A stretch of 64,000 nucleotides of DNA, from positions 40,867 to 104,866 of the forward strand of contig CAVNZM010000021.1 of the NCBI GenBank assembly GCA_963693365.1. The letters are read 5' to 3'. The stretch's first letter is position 1, and every line of letters starts with the position of its first letter. Below are positions 27,882 through 39,324 of the stretch, one piece after another. The DNA is from Amoebidium appalachense (lineage: Eukaryota > Protista > Ichthyosporea). The position numbers and the translations under genes were made by a program. Below the pieces are notes generated by a model. That model was given only the letters and a program-made list of their open reading frames with translations. It was not told where the DNA came from and ran no database searches.

Positions 27882-29291
27882 ATGGACCAAACACCTGAAG
27901 AGGCCGTGGCTTTGCCTTTCATCGTCCAGCCCCCCGGCTCGGACACGGACAAGGTCGTCGTCTATGCCGTGGACGACAAGTATCGGCTCCACCGGGACCC
28001 TGCCAGCGCTCGCCTGCTGGAAGTTGCGAGAGACGGCGACCTCCGCATCTTCGAAACACGGGAGAGCTTCGCTGCGTTCCGTTCAGTCCTTGAAAACGAC
28101 ATGAAAACTTTGCTGCTGCAATTGCAGAGACAACCCCGCGGGCCTGGGCGGGTGCCGCCCCTCTGGGACACTTGTCTGCACTCCAGCGCGTTCCCAATGT
28201 ACGCCGCCTTCCAGCGCTACGTGCTGGGGAAGCCGGACCATGAGGCTCTCCACGAGGGCACGCTCGGTCAAGGGGTTCAGGACTTCTTCATGCTCGTGGG
28301 GACGGCGCTATGCGAGCGGTCCGGTCTCAAGGCCCGACCCCCTGCCCACTTCAGTCAAGAGCCGGCCACTTCCGCCTTGGGTGCGTATACGTTATGCAAG
28401 GACATTGTCGACGTGGTGTACAATGATTGGGCTAACCGGGCCGTCGAGCACTTTGTGAACGAGTTGCCTTCCGTGTCATGTCTCCAGTGCCGCTCGCCCG
28501 TCGACACAAAGAAGTGCTCCCGCTGCAGAAACGCCTACTTCTGCAATGACATCTGTATGAAACAAAAGTGGCCCGAGCACAAGAAGGACTGCAAGGAGCA
28601 ACCCACCCACCAAGACCCAACGGTGTCGAAAAACGAGGTCGTGGTCTACACCCTGGACAGCCACTTGCGTTTCCACTCGGACCCGGTCTGCAACCTGATG
28701 CTAAAAGTTCTGGAGTGCGGCGACCTGCGTGTGTTTCGCAACAAGGAGCGCTACATGGAATGCGAGGCTACCCTGGCGGGCGAGATGCGTGCTATAGAGG
28801 AGCGGAGATGGGTGAACGACCCAACGGTAACTGCGGCCGAACGCAACATGGCTGCCTACTTCGCGTGTTTTAGGCTCTACTGTGTCTTCCACCGCTACGT
28901 GCTGGAGGAGCGGGACTACAATGCCCTCTATGCCGGAAACATCAGCACGGGCGCCGGTATTGTCTTCAGAATGATGCTTCATGTACTGTGCGCGTCTTCC
29001 GGCCTCGCGCACACCACGCCCGAGGCTGTTCTGCAGATTGCGGAGTTTGCGGTGAGCACTCTTCCCGTGTCCACGGAGTACGACATGGACAACATGTGTA
29101 TGTATGAATGGTGCAACCGGGCCGTCAAGCACTTCATCGACAAGCTGCCCTCTGTCGTCTGTGCCACCTGCGGCTCGACCGGGCGCACCAAGAAGTGCTC
29201 GGCCTGTAAACATGTCTACTACTGCAGCCGGGACTGCCAGACCCGCGGGTGGGAAGAGCACAAGAAGGACTGCCAGAAGCAGGGCCCGTAG
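27882..29291 (+). CDS. Intron-less protein made of two tandem [unknown domain + MYND zinc finger] units
   Basis: CLQC..KKCSRCRNAYFCNDICMKQKWPEHKKDC and CATC..KKCSACKHVYYCSRDCQTRGWEEHKKDC; the two halves align. Confidence 0.9.
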   Translation: MDQTPEEAVALPFIVQPPGSDTDKVVVYAVDDKYRLHRDPASARLLEVARDGDLRIFETRESFAAFRSVLENDMKTLLLQLQRQPRGPGRVPPLWDTCLHSSAFPMYAAFQRYVLGKPDHEALHEGTLGQGVQDFFMLVGTALCERSGLKARPPAHFSQEPATSALGAYTLCKDIVDVVYNDWANRAVEHFVNELPSVSCLQCRSPVDTKKCSRCRNAYFCNDICMKQKWPEHKKDCKEQPTHQDPTVSKNEVVVYTLDSHLRFHSDPVCNLMLKVLECGDLRVFRNKERYMECEATLAGEMRAIEERRWVNDPTVTAAERNMAAYFACFRLYCVFHRYVLEERDYNALYAGNISTGAGIVFRMMLHVLCASSGLAHTTPEAVLQIAEFAVSTLPVSTEYDMDNMCMYEWCNRAVKHFIDKLPSVVCATCGSTGRTKKCSACKHVYYCSRDCQTRGWEEHKKDCQKQGP

Positions 29292-29328
29292 GGGATGGCC
29301 GTGGTGATGCTGTGTCTGTGTATATTTG

Positions 29329-29804
29329 TCATTGATGTAATCTCGGGTACTTGTTTCGTGTGCAAGCGAGAGAATTCATTCGGGGTTCTAGAATCGTATA
29401 TTTATCATTGATGTAATCTCGGGTACTTGTTTCGTGTGCAAGCGATAGTATTCATTCGGGGTTCTAGAATCGTATATTTATCATTGATGTAATCTCGGGT
29501 ACTTGTTTCGTGTGCAAGCGATAGTATTCATTCGGGGTTCTAGAATTGTATATTTATCATTGATGTAATCTCGGGTACTTGTTTCGTGTGCAAGCGATAG
29601 TATTCATTCGGGGTTCTAGAATCGTATATTTATCATTGATGTAATCTCGGGTACTTGTTTCGTGTGCAAGCGATAGTATTCATTCGGGGTTCTAGAATCG
29701 TATATTTATCATTGATGTAATCTCGGGTACTTGTTTCGTGTGCAAGCGATAGTATTCATTCGGTGTTCTAGAATCGTATATTTATCATTGATGTAATCTC
29801 GGGT
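29329..29804 (+). repeat. 76-bp tandem minisatellite, six full units plus a partial one
   Basis: tcattgatgtaatctcgggt starts at 29329, 29405, 29481, 29557, 29633, 29709 and 29785. Confidence 0.95.
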
Positions 29805-30502
29805 TGTCAAACTTTAGAGGCAAATTCGGGTCGGTGGTTATGTGCATAATGATATGTATTTTTTCCAACATCGATATCGACAGAATAAATTTCAGTCCGT
29901 TTTCCGCTTTACTCGCACGCTCTGTCGGAGCACCAGTCTCCGGTATTTCGGCATGAACGCGTCGGCATACACGTACTTCTTTATCCGCCTGCTACCTCTC
30001 TTTTTCGACCGGCTTCTTCGGTGTGGCATGCCCCTCTCCCGAAAAATGTCCGCATCCGACTCCCAAAACACCTCCCTAGTGAAACCAACTTTCTCCTCCT
30101 ACACCCAGCCGCACACTGGTTGCTGGTCCACGCGCCCTCCTCGAGCTCGAGGGACACCTTGCGCCACCCGGGCTCTGCGCGCTTGATCTCACACGCCAAC
30201 ACAATATCTCCGGGGCGAACCCCCGCGGCCCACAGGCTGGTGCAGCACCGCAGGCTGAGCACCTCACAACACGAGTCGGGCCCGCGCATACACACACCTA
30301 CACACGCAAGCTTGCACTCGTGGTCGTGCAGCGCCTCGAGCACCGGCACCTTGCGAGCGAGTGTGCGCCGACGCAGGCGCAAGTTGGGAAGGGTATAAAA
30401 GCCCGTATCGGACGCAGTGAGGTGCCAGTCTGCATCTGCACCAGAACCGACCATTGCTTTTGAGCGGGAATTGAAGCTGTTTGTCAATCGGCTGTCGCTG
30501 CT

Positions 30503-31212
30503 TGTCATCTTCACTTAATTCTCAGCAAGACTTAGAAGTTGAGTTTGGTATTTATTTATTAGTTGTTGTAGAGTGTTTCCTTTTCCTTTCTTCATTTCTT
30601 TCTTTCTTTTCCGTTTCCGTGTACACGACATCTTAGATCTGTGTACGTATCGACATACTTAGCTCGCGCACACGTATTGTCGTTTGCGTCAAAATCTATA
30701 TATGTCATCCAATCATATCTCGTTTGTATTTTCCCAAATATAGTAACTTACATTCCTTTCTCATTCCTTTCCCACGACGTAGCATTGTGCTATGTTCTTC
30801 AACTATTAGAAAAAAAATTATATTTAGACGTGTTATGATAAGAACATGTATAAATATATGTTATGAATTAATAGTTACATAAGTGGTTTCATTTTATTAA
30901 ATGTTTCCGTGCTTTTATTAGAAGTTTCTTTCATTAGAGGATTGAGTTTTATATTCTAAATGTCGACAGACATTTTATTCGATATATTTTACACTCATAG
31001 TTTTCATTCTTTTGATTGGTTTATCGTTTCACATTCCCAAGTATAAAAGGGACCTCATCTTGAAATAAATCACAAGCAGTCGTATTCACTTCCTATGGTT
31101 CCAGAAATCGTTCCTCCTCTCCGGTTGTGTTTTTCCCGTGTGTCTTTGTGTTGTGTTTTACATAACACCCATCTGTGCTCTCTGCTTCTCCGTTTACCCA
31201 CACAAAATAACA
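30503..31212 (+). repeat. 5' LTR (710 bp)
   Basis: Near-identical to 36182-36891 (about 3 differences seen by eye); internal TATAAAA. Confidence 0.95.
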
Positions 31213-31288
31213 GGTTTACGGCCCCTTTGCACGCTAACACACAATCTCGCTACAACCGCGAAAATCTCTCAGTCTTACTGCTTCAATC

Positions 31289-34200
31289 ATGACTGACAAA
31301 CCGTCGTATATCAACCTTCCAATATGGAATCCGTCCGAGAAACGAGACGAGAAACGTCTTAATTATTTCGAGTGGGAGCCACTCATTCACCGGTTCATTA
31401 GAACCACCATTGCCGAGAAATTCGTTGACGCTATCAAGAGGCCACAGTGGGTTGACGGCGCTGAAGCCAACCAGTGGCTAGGCTACACCACCAAGGACTC
31501 CTACAAGAAAGCTTCCGACGTCCTCGACCAGATCCTCAACCAGTCCGTCCACCCGACCGAGCTCTACGACTCCGGCCGGATGCAAGACGGTGTCCACGGT
31601 GGTGAAGTCTTCCACAACCTACGTATGGCGTATGTAGCAGAGAAGGAGGCCCGAGTCACCCAGATTCAAGTCACCTTCGAGGAGCTTGAACTACGAGACT
31701 ACCCCAACGTCACAGCATACCTCACCCGTCTCCAACGTCTGGCTACGACACTTGCCTGCCTCGACGAACCCGTCCAGCACAAGGATGTCGTACGTAAGTT
31801 CTTCCTCCACATCCGGAAGAACACAGCCCTGGTCTGCCCCGACATTGAACGTCTCTGCTCCGACTACTGGATGAACAACAAGGCCTACCCGTCCTTCAAC
31901 ATGCTCATCAGTGACATCCGAGGAGCTGAAATCCGTGCCGGCCTCATCGACGCAGGCACAGGTGCAACCGTCAACAACCGTCCCCTCCGTGCACTCCAGA
32001 GCAGAGTGCTTCCCCCCGGTGACCTCCGTAACCGTATTCCTCGACGTGAGCATACACCTCACCGTTCCCCGTCCCGTTCCCGTGATCCTCGTCCTCCCTC
32101 CAAGTCACCCGGCCCCCGTTCAACTTCCCCTTACCACCGTGGTAACAGGGACAACCGTAACCGACAGCACAACACCAACAGTGTGAAGTGTTCCTACTGC
32201 CATGAGCCCCACCACATCACAGCATGCCCGGAGCCTGGCTGCACAGTTGCTCGTCGTGCCAAGCAGGAGAAAGGTGACAAGAGTGTGAAATTTGCACTCA
32301 TCTCCTCCACCGGCACACCTGACAGTAACGACCCCGTCTGGGACAGTGCTTGTAATGCACACATCTGCCCCATCAAGGAGTATTTCTCCTCCCTTACCCC
32401 GTGTCCTCCCACCCCCATTCACGGCCTCGGCACAGTCAATGCCAAACAACGTGGCATCATCAACATGACACTGCACTACAACGGCCACCCAACACCGTGC
32501 AGCATCAATGCTTACTACGTACCCGAGGCACCGTCTTTCCTCGTGTCTACCTCCATGGCATCAGCTGCCGGCCTCCTAGGTCATTGTGACGATACAGACA
32601 ACCACCCGTCGTTCCTCTACAGCCATAATGGTGACATTATTACAGATCTCACCCCCCTCGACGGTCTCTACTACATCACTGACTATGTGATTGAGACTCC
32701 TAAACACCCGGGGGTCCAAGCCTACACAGCAAGGACTCAACCACCCGACGACCTCACCCTTTGGCACAACCGTCTCGGCCACCGTGCCCTCTCCACCGTC
32801 ACCAGGATGGCCAAGGATGAGCTTGTCATCGGCATGCCCCCCTCCCTCAAGTCACCCGACAACAGTGACTGCTTCGGCTGCATGTCTGGCAAGACCACCA
32901 AGGCCCCCTTTCCCGGCACCCGTTCCAAGTTCACCATTCCCGGTGCTAAGTGGCACCTGGACTTCTTCGAAGCTCCCTGTGCTTCCTACGGAGGCTACAA
33001 GGTTGCTCTGGTGTGTGTTTGTGATGCCACCGGTTACACCACCGTGTTCCCCCTTTACAACCGTGGTGAAACCCTCAGCCACATTCAGTCTCTCGTTGAA
33101 ACCATCGAACGTCAGACACCTGAGATCGTCACCCATCTTCGGTTTGACTCCGGCTCTGAGTTCACCTCCAAGGACACCGAGGCCTACTGCAAGCAGAAAG
33201 GCATCATCATGGAGTTTGCCCCCGTCGACACACCACAACACAATGGTGTTGTTGAACGGAAGATGAGAGAACTGCAAGAGACAGTCCGTTGCTTCCTCCA
33301 TGCCGACAAGGACCAACCTCTCTCTCCCAAGTTGTGGGTTGCTGCTCTCAAGCATACAAGCTACATCATCAACGTCACACCGTCATCTGCTGCCAACGGC
33401 AACACTCCCTTCGAGGCCTTCCACGGCTTCAAACCCGACGTCTCCCAGCTCCACGTGTTCGGCTCCCCTGCCTATGTCCATGTTCCCCGGTCAAAGAGGA
33501 ACAAGCTGGCATCAACCGTCAGAGTCGGCACCTACGTCGGCTGGGACCTACCCTCCAAGGCACACAAGATCCTCGACCTTGCCAGCAACCAAATCAAGAT
33601 CTGCCGTGATGTGATCTTCGACGAGTCGAAATTCACGGACAGCACCAATCAGGTCTCCGTTCCCCCCAAACCCGATCTGCCGACATTGGACCCCCCCTCC
33701 GACGACGACGATGAAACTCCGTCTGTGGTCATCTCCCAACCGTCCTGGCACAACCAACCAGCCCCGGTTGAACCCGTGCCTCCCCCGAGCCCCCCCCCCC
33801 ACTGGCCAACAACCCTTGCTGCCGGCCCCCCCCGTTGCTGTGCATCAACCCGGCTACATGACTCCGGTTCGTCCTGGGTCCCCCACCTTCCACTCGGCCA
33901 CGAGCAGCCCTGTGGACACCGATGCCCCCCTCACCACCGGTCCTATTCCTGGCTTCCATGCCCCTATCCCGGCCTCCACCACCTACCCGGCCACCACCCC
34001 CCTCAAGGACCCCCCCAAGCCCAACCTTCGTCGGTCTACACGTCTCACCAAGACTCCAACGGCACTGGTCAGCATCGTAGCACCGACCATCAACATTGAC
34101 CAGCTCCCCAAGGGCATTCAAAAGCTTTGCAACGGTCCCAACGGTGATGCCGTCATAGCTGCCCTCACCTCCGAGTACCAAGCCTTCATCACCAAGGATG

Positions 34201-35654
34201 TCTTCACCATTGTTGATCCCCCCCCTGGTGCCAACATCATCAAGTTCAAGTGGATTGTGACTGAGAAAGTCCTCAACTCAGCCGGTGACACCAAGATCAA
34301 AGCTCGTGGTGTTGCAAAGGGCTTCACTCAAGTCTACGGTGTTGACTACGGTGACACCTCTTCCCCCGTGGTGATGTCCTCCTCCGTCCGTGCCCTCCTT
34401 GCCATCGGTGTGGACGGCAACCATGAGATTCATCAACTCGACGTCTCAACTGCCTTCCTCAACAGTCCTCTTCAAGAAGACATCTACATTGAGCCACCAC
34501 CTGGCTTCATCACCCCCGGCAACGAACACAAGGTCTGGAAACTTAAGAAGGCACTCTACGGGCTCAAGCAAGCATCACTGGCCTGGTATGAGTACTTCGA
34601 CAAGGTCCTCCTTGCTCACGGTCTCGAACGTCTCCGTTCAGATCCATGTGTCTACATCAAGACCTTCCCCAACGGTGACATCATCCTCACTGGCAACTAT
34701 GTGGACGACGTCATCATCATCTGCACGGCCAACTCCTCCCACACCAAGGATCTAGTAGACCACATCATGAAGTCAGCTCTCTGCAAGGTTGACCTTCCCG
34801 ACATCTTCCTTGGCACCCAGCTCATCCACACCCCCGGTCACCTCAAGCTGCTTCAGCAATCCTACATCAACGACATCGTCAGAGACTTCAACCTCAACGA
34901 TGCTCACCCCAAGGCTACTCCCATTCCCGTCGGCACCGTCATCACCATCAACGAGAACGACTCACCACCCATCAAGGTTCCCTACCGTGAACTACTCGGC
35001 CGTCTTTTGTGGGTTGCTCGTTGTTCCCGGCCCGACATCTCCTTTGCCATCGGCTACCTCGGTAGATTCAGTGCCAACCCCACCAAACTTGCATGGGAAT
35101 GTCTACTCCGTGTAGTTCGGTACCTCATCGGCACTTCCAACCTCGGCCTTCACTACGACAAGTCTGCTTCCGACGACAACACCCCCTTGCTGGAGTGTTA
35201 TTCTGATGCTGACTTTGCCAACTGCCCCAACACCCGTCGTTCAACCACCGGATACGTCATCTTCTTCAAGGGCATACCCATCACATGGTATTCGAAGCTG
35301 CAGTCCATCACGGCAACATCCACCACCCAGGCTGAGCTTCTGGCCATCAATGCTGCTGTTCAAAACGTCATCTGGCACCGTGATCTCCTCCGTGAACTCG
35401 GCTACCCGATGACCGACCCCACCCCCGTCTACTGTGACAACCAGTCCACCATTGCCCTCCTGCACACCAACAGCATCAAGCACCGGACCAAACACATTGC
35501 AGTCCGTTACCACAACACGAAGGACTACATCAAGAGTGGGGATGTGGTCGTCACCTACGTGTCCAGCAAAGACAACGTGGCTGACATCTTCACCAAGCCC
35601 CTGCCCGGGCCCTCCCACGAGCAACACCGTGATTCACTCAGTCTTCGTGACTGA
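31289..35654 (+). CDS. Copia gag-pol polyprotein (apparent frameshift in the C-run near 33795)
   Basis: Zn knuckle CSYCHEPHHITAC; protease WDSAC; integrase WHNRLGH..C..C and D..D..E (NGVVERK); RT KARGVAKG, LYGLKQA, YVDD; RNase H YSDADFA, RTKHI, ADIFTK. Confidence 0.93.
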
Positions 35655-35655
35655 G

Positions 35656-35700
<45 letters not shown>

Positions 35701-36181
35701 TCATCTACAGTGGTCTTCAAGTAGGTTGGGGCCCTGGCCAGTGGTCTACACATCACCGTGTAGAGACACCTCCCAACGAAAGTCTACTGCTGTCTTCATC
35801 GATCTTCAGTGTGTGCATCTTCAGTGGGGATTTCTTCTCCACCATCCGTCGTTTATTTATATACCACCATATATATAATGTATTTATCATTAGCCACCAA
35901 CACGTCACACATACACTAGTTGTTTCTTCTATATATATTTATATATCACGTCATTGGCTACCGTCATCTTCCGAGTCTTCAGAGGCAACCGTCGTTGTGT
36001 GCTTCTTCCGTTTTGGTTTTCTTCCCCGGCTTGCACCTTCAAGTCTTCTCCATTGTCTTCTCGAGTGGGGAAACTTGACTGTGACTTCACGGCACCTACT
36101 TCTACATGTGTGAAAGTCTTAACATCAACAGTCACATCAACAAACTTCACGAGAACCCAACTTCCAACCCTTGAGTGGGGA

Positions 36182-36891
36182 TGTCATCTTCACTTAATTC
36201 TCAGCAAGACTTAGAAGTTGAGTTTGGTATTTATTTATTAGTTGTTGTAGTTTGTTTCCTTTTCCTTTCTTCATTTCTTTCTTTCTTTTCCGTTTCCGTG
36301 TACACGACATCTTAGATCTGTGTACGTATCGACATACTTAGCTCGCGCACACGTATTGTCGTTTGCGTCAAAATCTATATATGTCATCCAATCATATCTC
36401 GTTTGTATTTTCCCAAATATAGTAACTTACATTCCTTTCTCATTCCTTTCCCACGACGTAGCATTGTGCTATGTTCTTCAACTATTAGAAAAAAAAATAT
36501 ATTTAGACGTGTTATGATAAGAACATGTATAAATATATGTTATGAATTAATAGTTACATAAGTGGTTTCATTTTATTAAATGTTTCCGTGCTTTTATTAG
36601 AAGTTTCTTTCATTAGAGGATTGAGTTTTATATTCTAAATGTCGACAGACATTTTATTCGATATATTTTACACTCATAGTTTTCATTCTTTTGATTGGTT
36701 TATCGTTTCACATTCCCAAGTATAAAAGGGACCTCATCTTGAAATAAATCACAAGCAGTCGTATTCACTTCCTATGGTTCCAGAAATCGTTCCTCCTCTC
36801 CGGTTGTGTTTTTCCCGTGTGTCTTTGTGTTGTGTTTTACATAACACCCATCTGTGCTCTCTGCTTCTCCGTTTACCCACACAAAATAACA
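36182..36891 (+). repeat. 3' LTR (710 bp)
   Basis: Matches the 5' LTR at 30503-31212. Confidence 0.95.
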
Positions 36892-36906
36892 CTGCTTGTG
36901 TCTAGC

Positions 36907-37365
36907 ATGACGTTCGACTCGAACGGCGCCGGGAGGGTGGCCAGCCGGCCGCTGCAGCTCCACGCACGACTTGGGAAGGGCGACACGATGTTGTCGGACA
37001 CGATGCTGCCGCTGCAGTCGGTAGAAGCGTCGAACAGAACTGGACTCAACCACCTGGTGTTTTCGACGTGTCCACTAGAGGGGGCCGGGGATGCGGTGAC
37101 CATCGACCTGGATTGGGGCAAGTCGTTTCGGCTGACCTGGGAGCGCTGGGACACCACGCTGTTGCTGCTGCCACCGAGGGATCCGACTGAGGAGCAGGGT
37201 ATGAGCGAGGGGCGAGCCGTCCCCTTGAAGGCTATGAGCCAGCGAACAACCCTTCTACGGATCGACTTTTTGAAGGACTTTGTTTGGCACGACACGGGCT
37301 GCGACATCCTGTCGCTGCAGCTATATGAATCAGTAGCGAAAAATAGGCGGCAGCGTAGAGAATAA
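36907..37365 (+). CDS. Hypothetical 152-aa protein immediately downstream of the copia insertion
   Basis: ATG at 36907; open frame of normal composition; candidate TATA lies on the other side of the copia element at 30394. Confidence 0.5.
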   Translation: MTFDSNGAGRVASRPLQLHARLGKGDTMLSDTMLPLQSVEASNRTGLNHLVFSTCPLEGAGDAVTIDLDWGKSFRLTWERWDTTLLLLPPRDPTEEQGMSEGRAVPLKAMSQRTTLLRIDFLKDFVWHDTGCDILSLQLYESVAKNRRQRRE

Positions 37366-37529
37366 TGCAGGTATCGCGGAGTGCGTGCGTGTGTGCGACT
37401 GCGCCCCGGACGGTGCAGCACGCGTATAAAAGCAGGGCCACAGCCATGGTGTCTTCCGAGTGCATGTTGTGTATGCGCTCACAAATTTGTTTGCATTACG
37501 GAGTTATCATACCCCCCCCTCCCTGTACA

Positions 37530-38035
37530 CCATCGGATCGACCACTCCCGTAATCGCAGACCCCCCTCCTCACTCCCGCAACACCCCCCTCCTCTCATCG
37601 GATCGGGAAAAAGCTCTCACTCCCGCAACCCCCCCCCCCTGCTCTCATCGGATCGGGAAAAAGCTCCCACTCCCGCAATCGGAGAGAAGTTCACCTCTCC
37701 CCCTCCTCCCCTCATCGGATCGGAAAAAAGATCCCACTCCCGCAATCAGAGAGAAGTCCACCTATCCCCCTTCCTCCTCTCATCGGATCGGGAAAAAGCT
37801 CCTCCCGTCAACGGATCAGGAAAAAGCTCCCACTCCCGCAATCGGAGAGAAGTCCACCTCTCCCCCTCCTCCCCTCATCGGATCGGGAAAAAGCTCCCAC
37901 TCCCGCAATCGGAGAGAAGTCCACCTCTCCCCCTCCTCCCCTCATCGGATCGGGAAAAAGCTCCCACTCCCGCAATCGGAGAGAAGTCCACCTCTCCCCC
38001 TCCTCCCCTCATCGGATCGGGAAAAAGCTCCCCCT
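37530..38035 (+). repeat. ~67-bp minisatellite (ctcatcggatcgggaaaaagctcccactcccgcaatcggagagaag...)
   Basis: Eight or more recurrences of atcggatcgggaaaaagctc-like units. Confidence 0.9.
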
Positions 38036-38102
38036 CCCCCCCCCCCCCCCCAACTAACTCCCGCGCACCTCCACCACCGCATTATATCATGCACCGAGTA
38101 AC

Positions 38103-38474
38103 ATGGACGCCGGCGCACCCTTTCTACCATTCCGTCCCCTCCCCCCCCTGCGAACCACAAATTCTCCCTCCCCCATCCTGCTGGCCGTGCTCGCCGGCCT
38201 CATCCTCTACGTGCTGTGGGACACGTTCAGCCCGCGTGTGCGGCGGCGGCTGGCGGTGCTCTAGTGCCCCGGCACATGCCCGATGTGCGCCAGCTGCGGC
38301 AGCTGCCCCCCCAAGCCCAAGTGTGCGCACTGCCCCCGCTGCCACGTGTGCGGTGCCAGCCCCACCCGGTGCGCACAGTGCCCCGCATGCACGCGCTGCC
38401 CGCCCGAGCAGAAGTGCCCGGGGTGCCCCACGTGTGCGCATGCGCCTGCGGTGGTGATCAAGGAGCGGGCATGA
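38103..38474 (+). pseudogene. Transmembrane helix + CPxC-repeat protein split by an in-frame TAG
   Basis: MDAG..PILLAVLAGLILYVLWD..LAVL*CPGTCPMCASCGSC..CPRC..CPAC..CPGCPTC in a single frame; stop at 38262. Confidence 0.45.
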
Positions 38475-38510
38475 GGATTGACGCGGTATGAGATTTTTGT
38501 GGCATAGAGT

Positions 38511-38804
38511 ATGGCGTACCGATGGGAGTACAAGCTGAAGGAGGAGCCCGGCAAGGCACCCGTGGTGCAGGCAACGATTGTGCCGACCGAGGCCACCACC
38601 CGGCGGACGCAGATGGAGCAACGAGCATATGCACAAGAGCTTGCAGAAAAAGGCTACATAGACCTGCCCGAAGAGCTTGCGGATAAGTGCGGATTCAAGA
38701 AGTGGGAGCCCAAAAACCAACGGCAGACAGCCATCGTGCTGCAGAAGATGATGGAGCCGGAGACCCTACCAGCCGAAACGGGAAATCATGAGAGAAAGTG
38801 TTGA
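38511..38804 (+). CDS. Hypothetical 97-aa protein
   Basis: ATG ORF with coding-like composition, followed by a (GT)n tract. Confidence 0.45.
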   Translation: MAYRWEYKLKEEPGKAPVVQATIVPTEATTRRTQMEQRAYAQELAEKGYIDLPEELADKCGFKKWEPKNQRQTAIVLQKMMEPETLPAETGNHERKC

Positions 38805-38871
38805 ACTTTATGTGCATGCGTGTGTGTGTGCGTGTGTGTGTGTGTGTGTCAACTTTATGTGCATGCGTGTG

Positions 38872-38938
<67 letters not shown>

Positions 38939-39324
38939 GCAGGGCCTCAGCCGCCGTGGTCGATGGGCCAGACATGTCACAGATTCAAAGCAGAAATGGT
39001 ATATTTATAACGTCAAACGGATTGGAGTCTCTCCGTCACTATATTTATTGGAGTCTCTCTGCCACTGTGGGTGACTACAATACACAAGTGATTCATCCCT
39101 TGCAATGTACCCGCTTTTTTATTTTACTGTACCCGTCATATATGTGGCCATGCAATGGCCGTCACAAAAGTGCAGACCACATTCGAAATTTGGTACGAAC
39201 CCTTAAATGTGAATGTGTGGCCTACTGCCCACACCACCACAACTACGTTTCCCTCACCGCACCCACCACGAACCCCTAGCAATCGCCGTCACAAAAGTGT
39301 AGACCACATTCGAAATTTGGTACG

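Larger units (their letters stand above)
30503..36891 (+). mobile_element. Full-length Ty1/copia LTR retrotransposon
   Basis: TG..CA LTRs at 30503-31212 and 36182-36891; CTGCT target-site duplication (30498-30502, 36892-36896); domain order gag-PR-IN-RT-RH; purine tract gagtgggga before the 3' LTR. Confidence 0.97.

Noticed and set aside
29329-29804. CRISPR-like regular array
   Set aside because: Whole 76-bp units are near-identical with no unique spacers and no cas genes; it is a minisatellite.
29860-30400. Possible minus-strand gene left of the copia element
   Set aside because: Frames are broken with no recognisable motif, so I cannot support a model.
33785-33802. Programmed frameshift or inactivation in copia pol
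   Set aside because: It falls in a long C homopolymer between IN and RT and is most likely a sequencing error. The same caution applies near 26780, 50760 and 52141.
14717-38264. TAG reassignment (in-frame TAGs at 14717, 14968 and 38262)
   Set aside because: Other genes end plausibly at TAG or TAA (e.g. 4802, 29291), and paralog 3 also has frameshifts; ordinary decay explains it.
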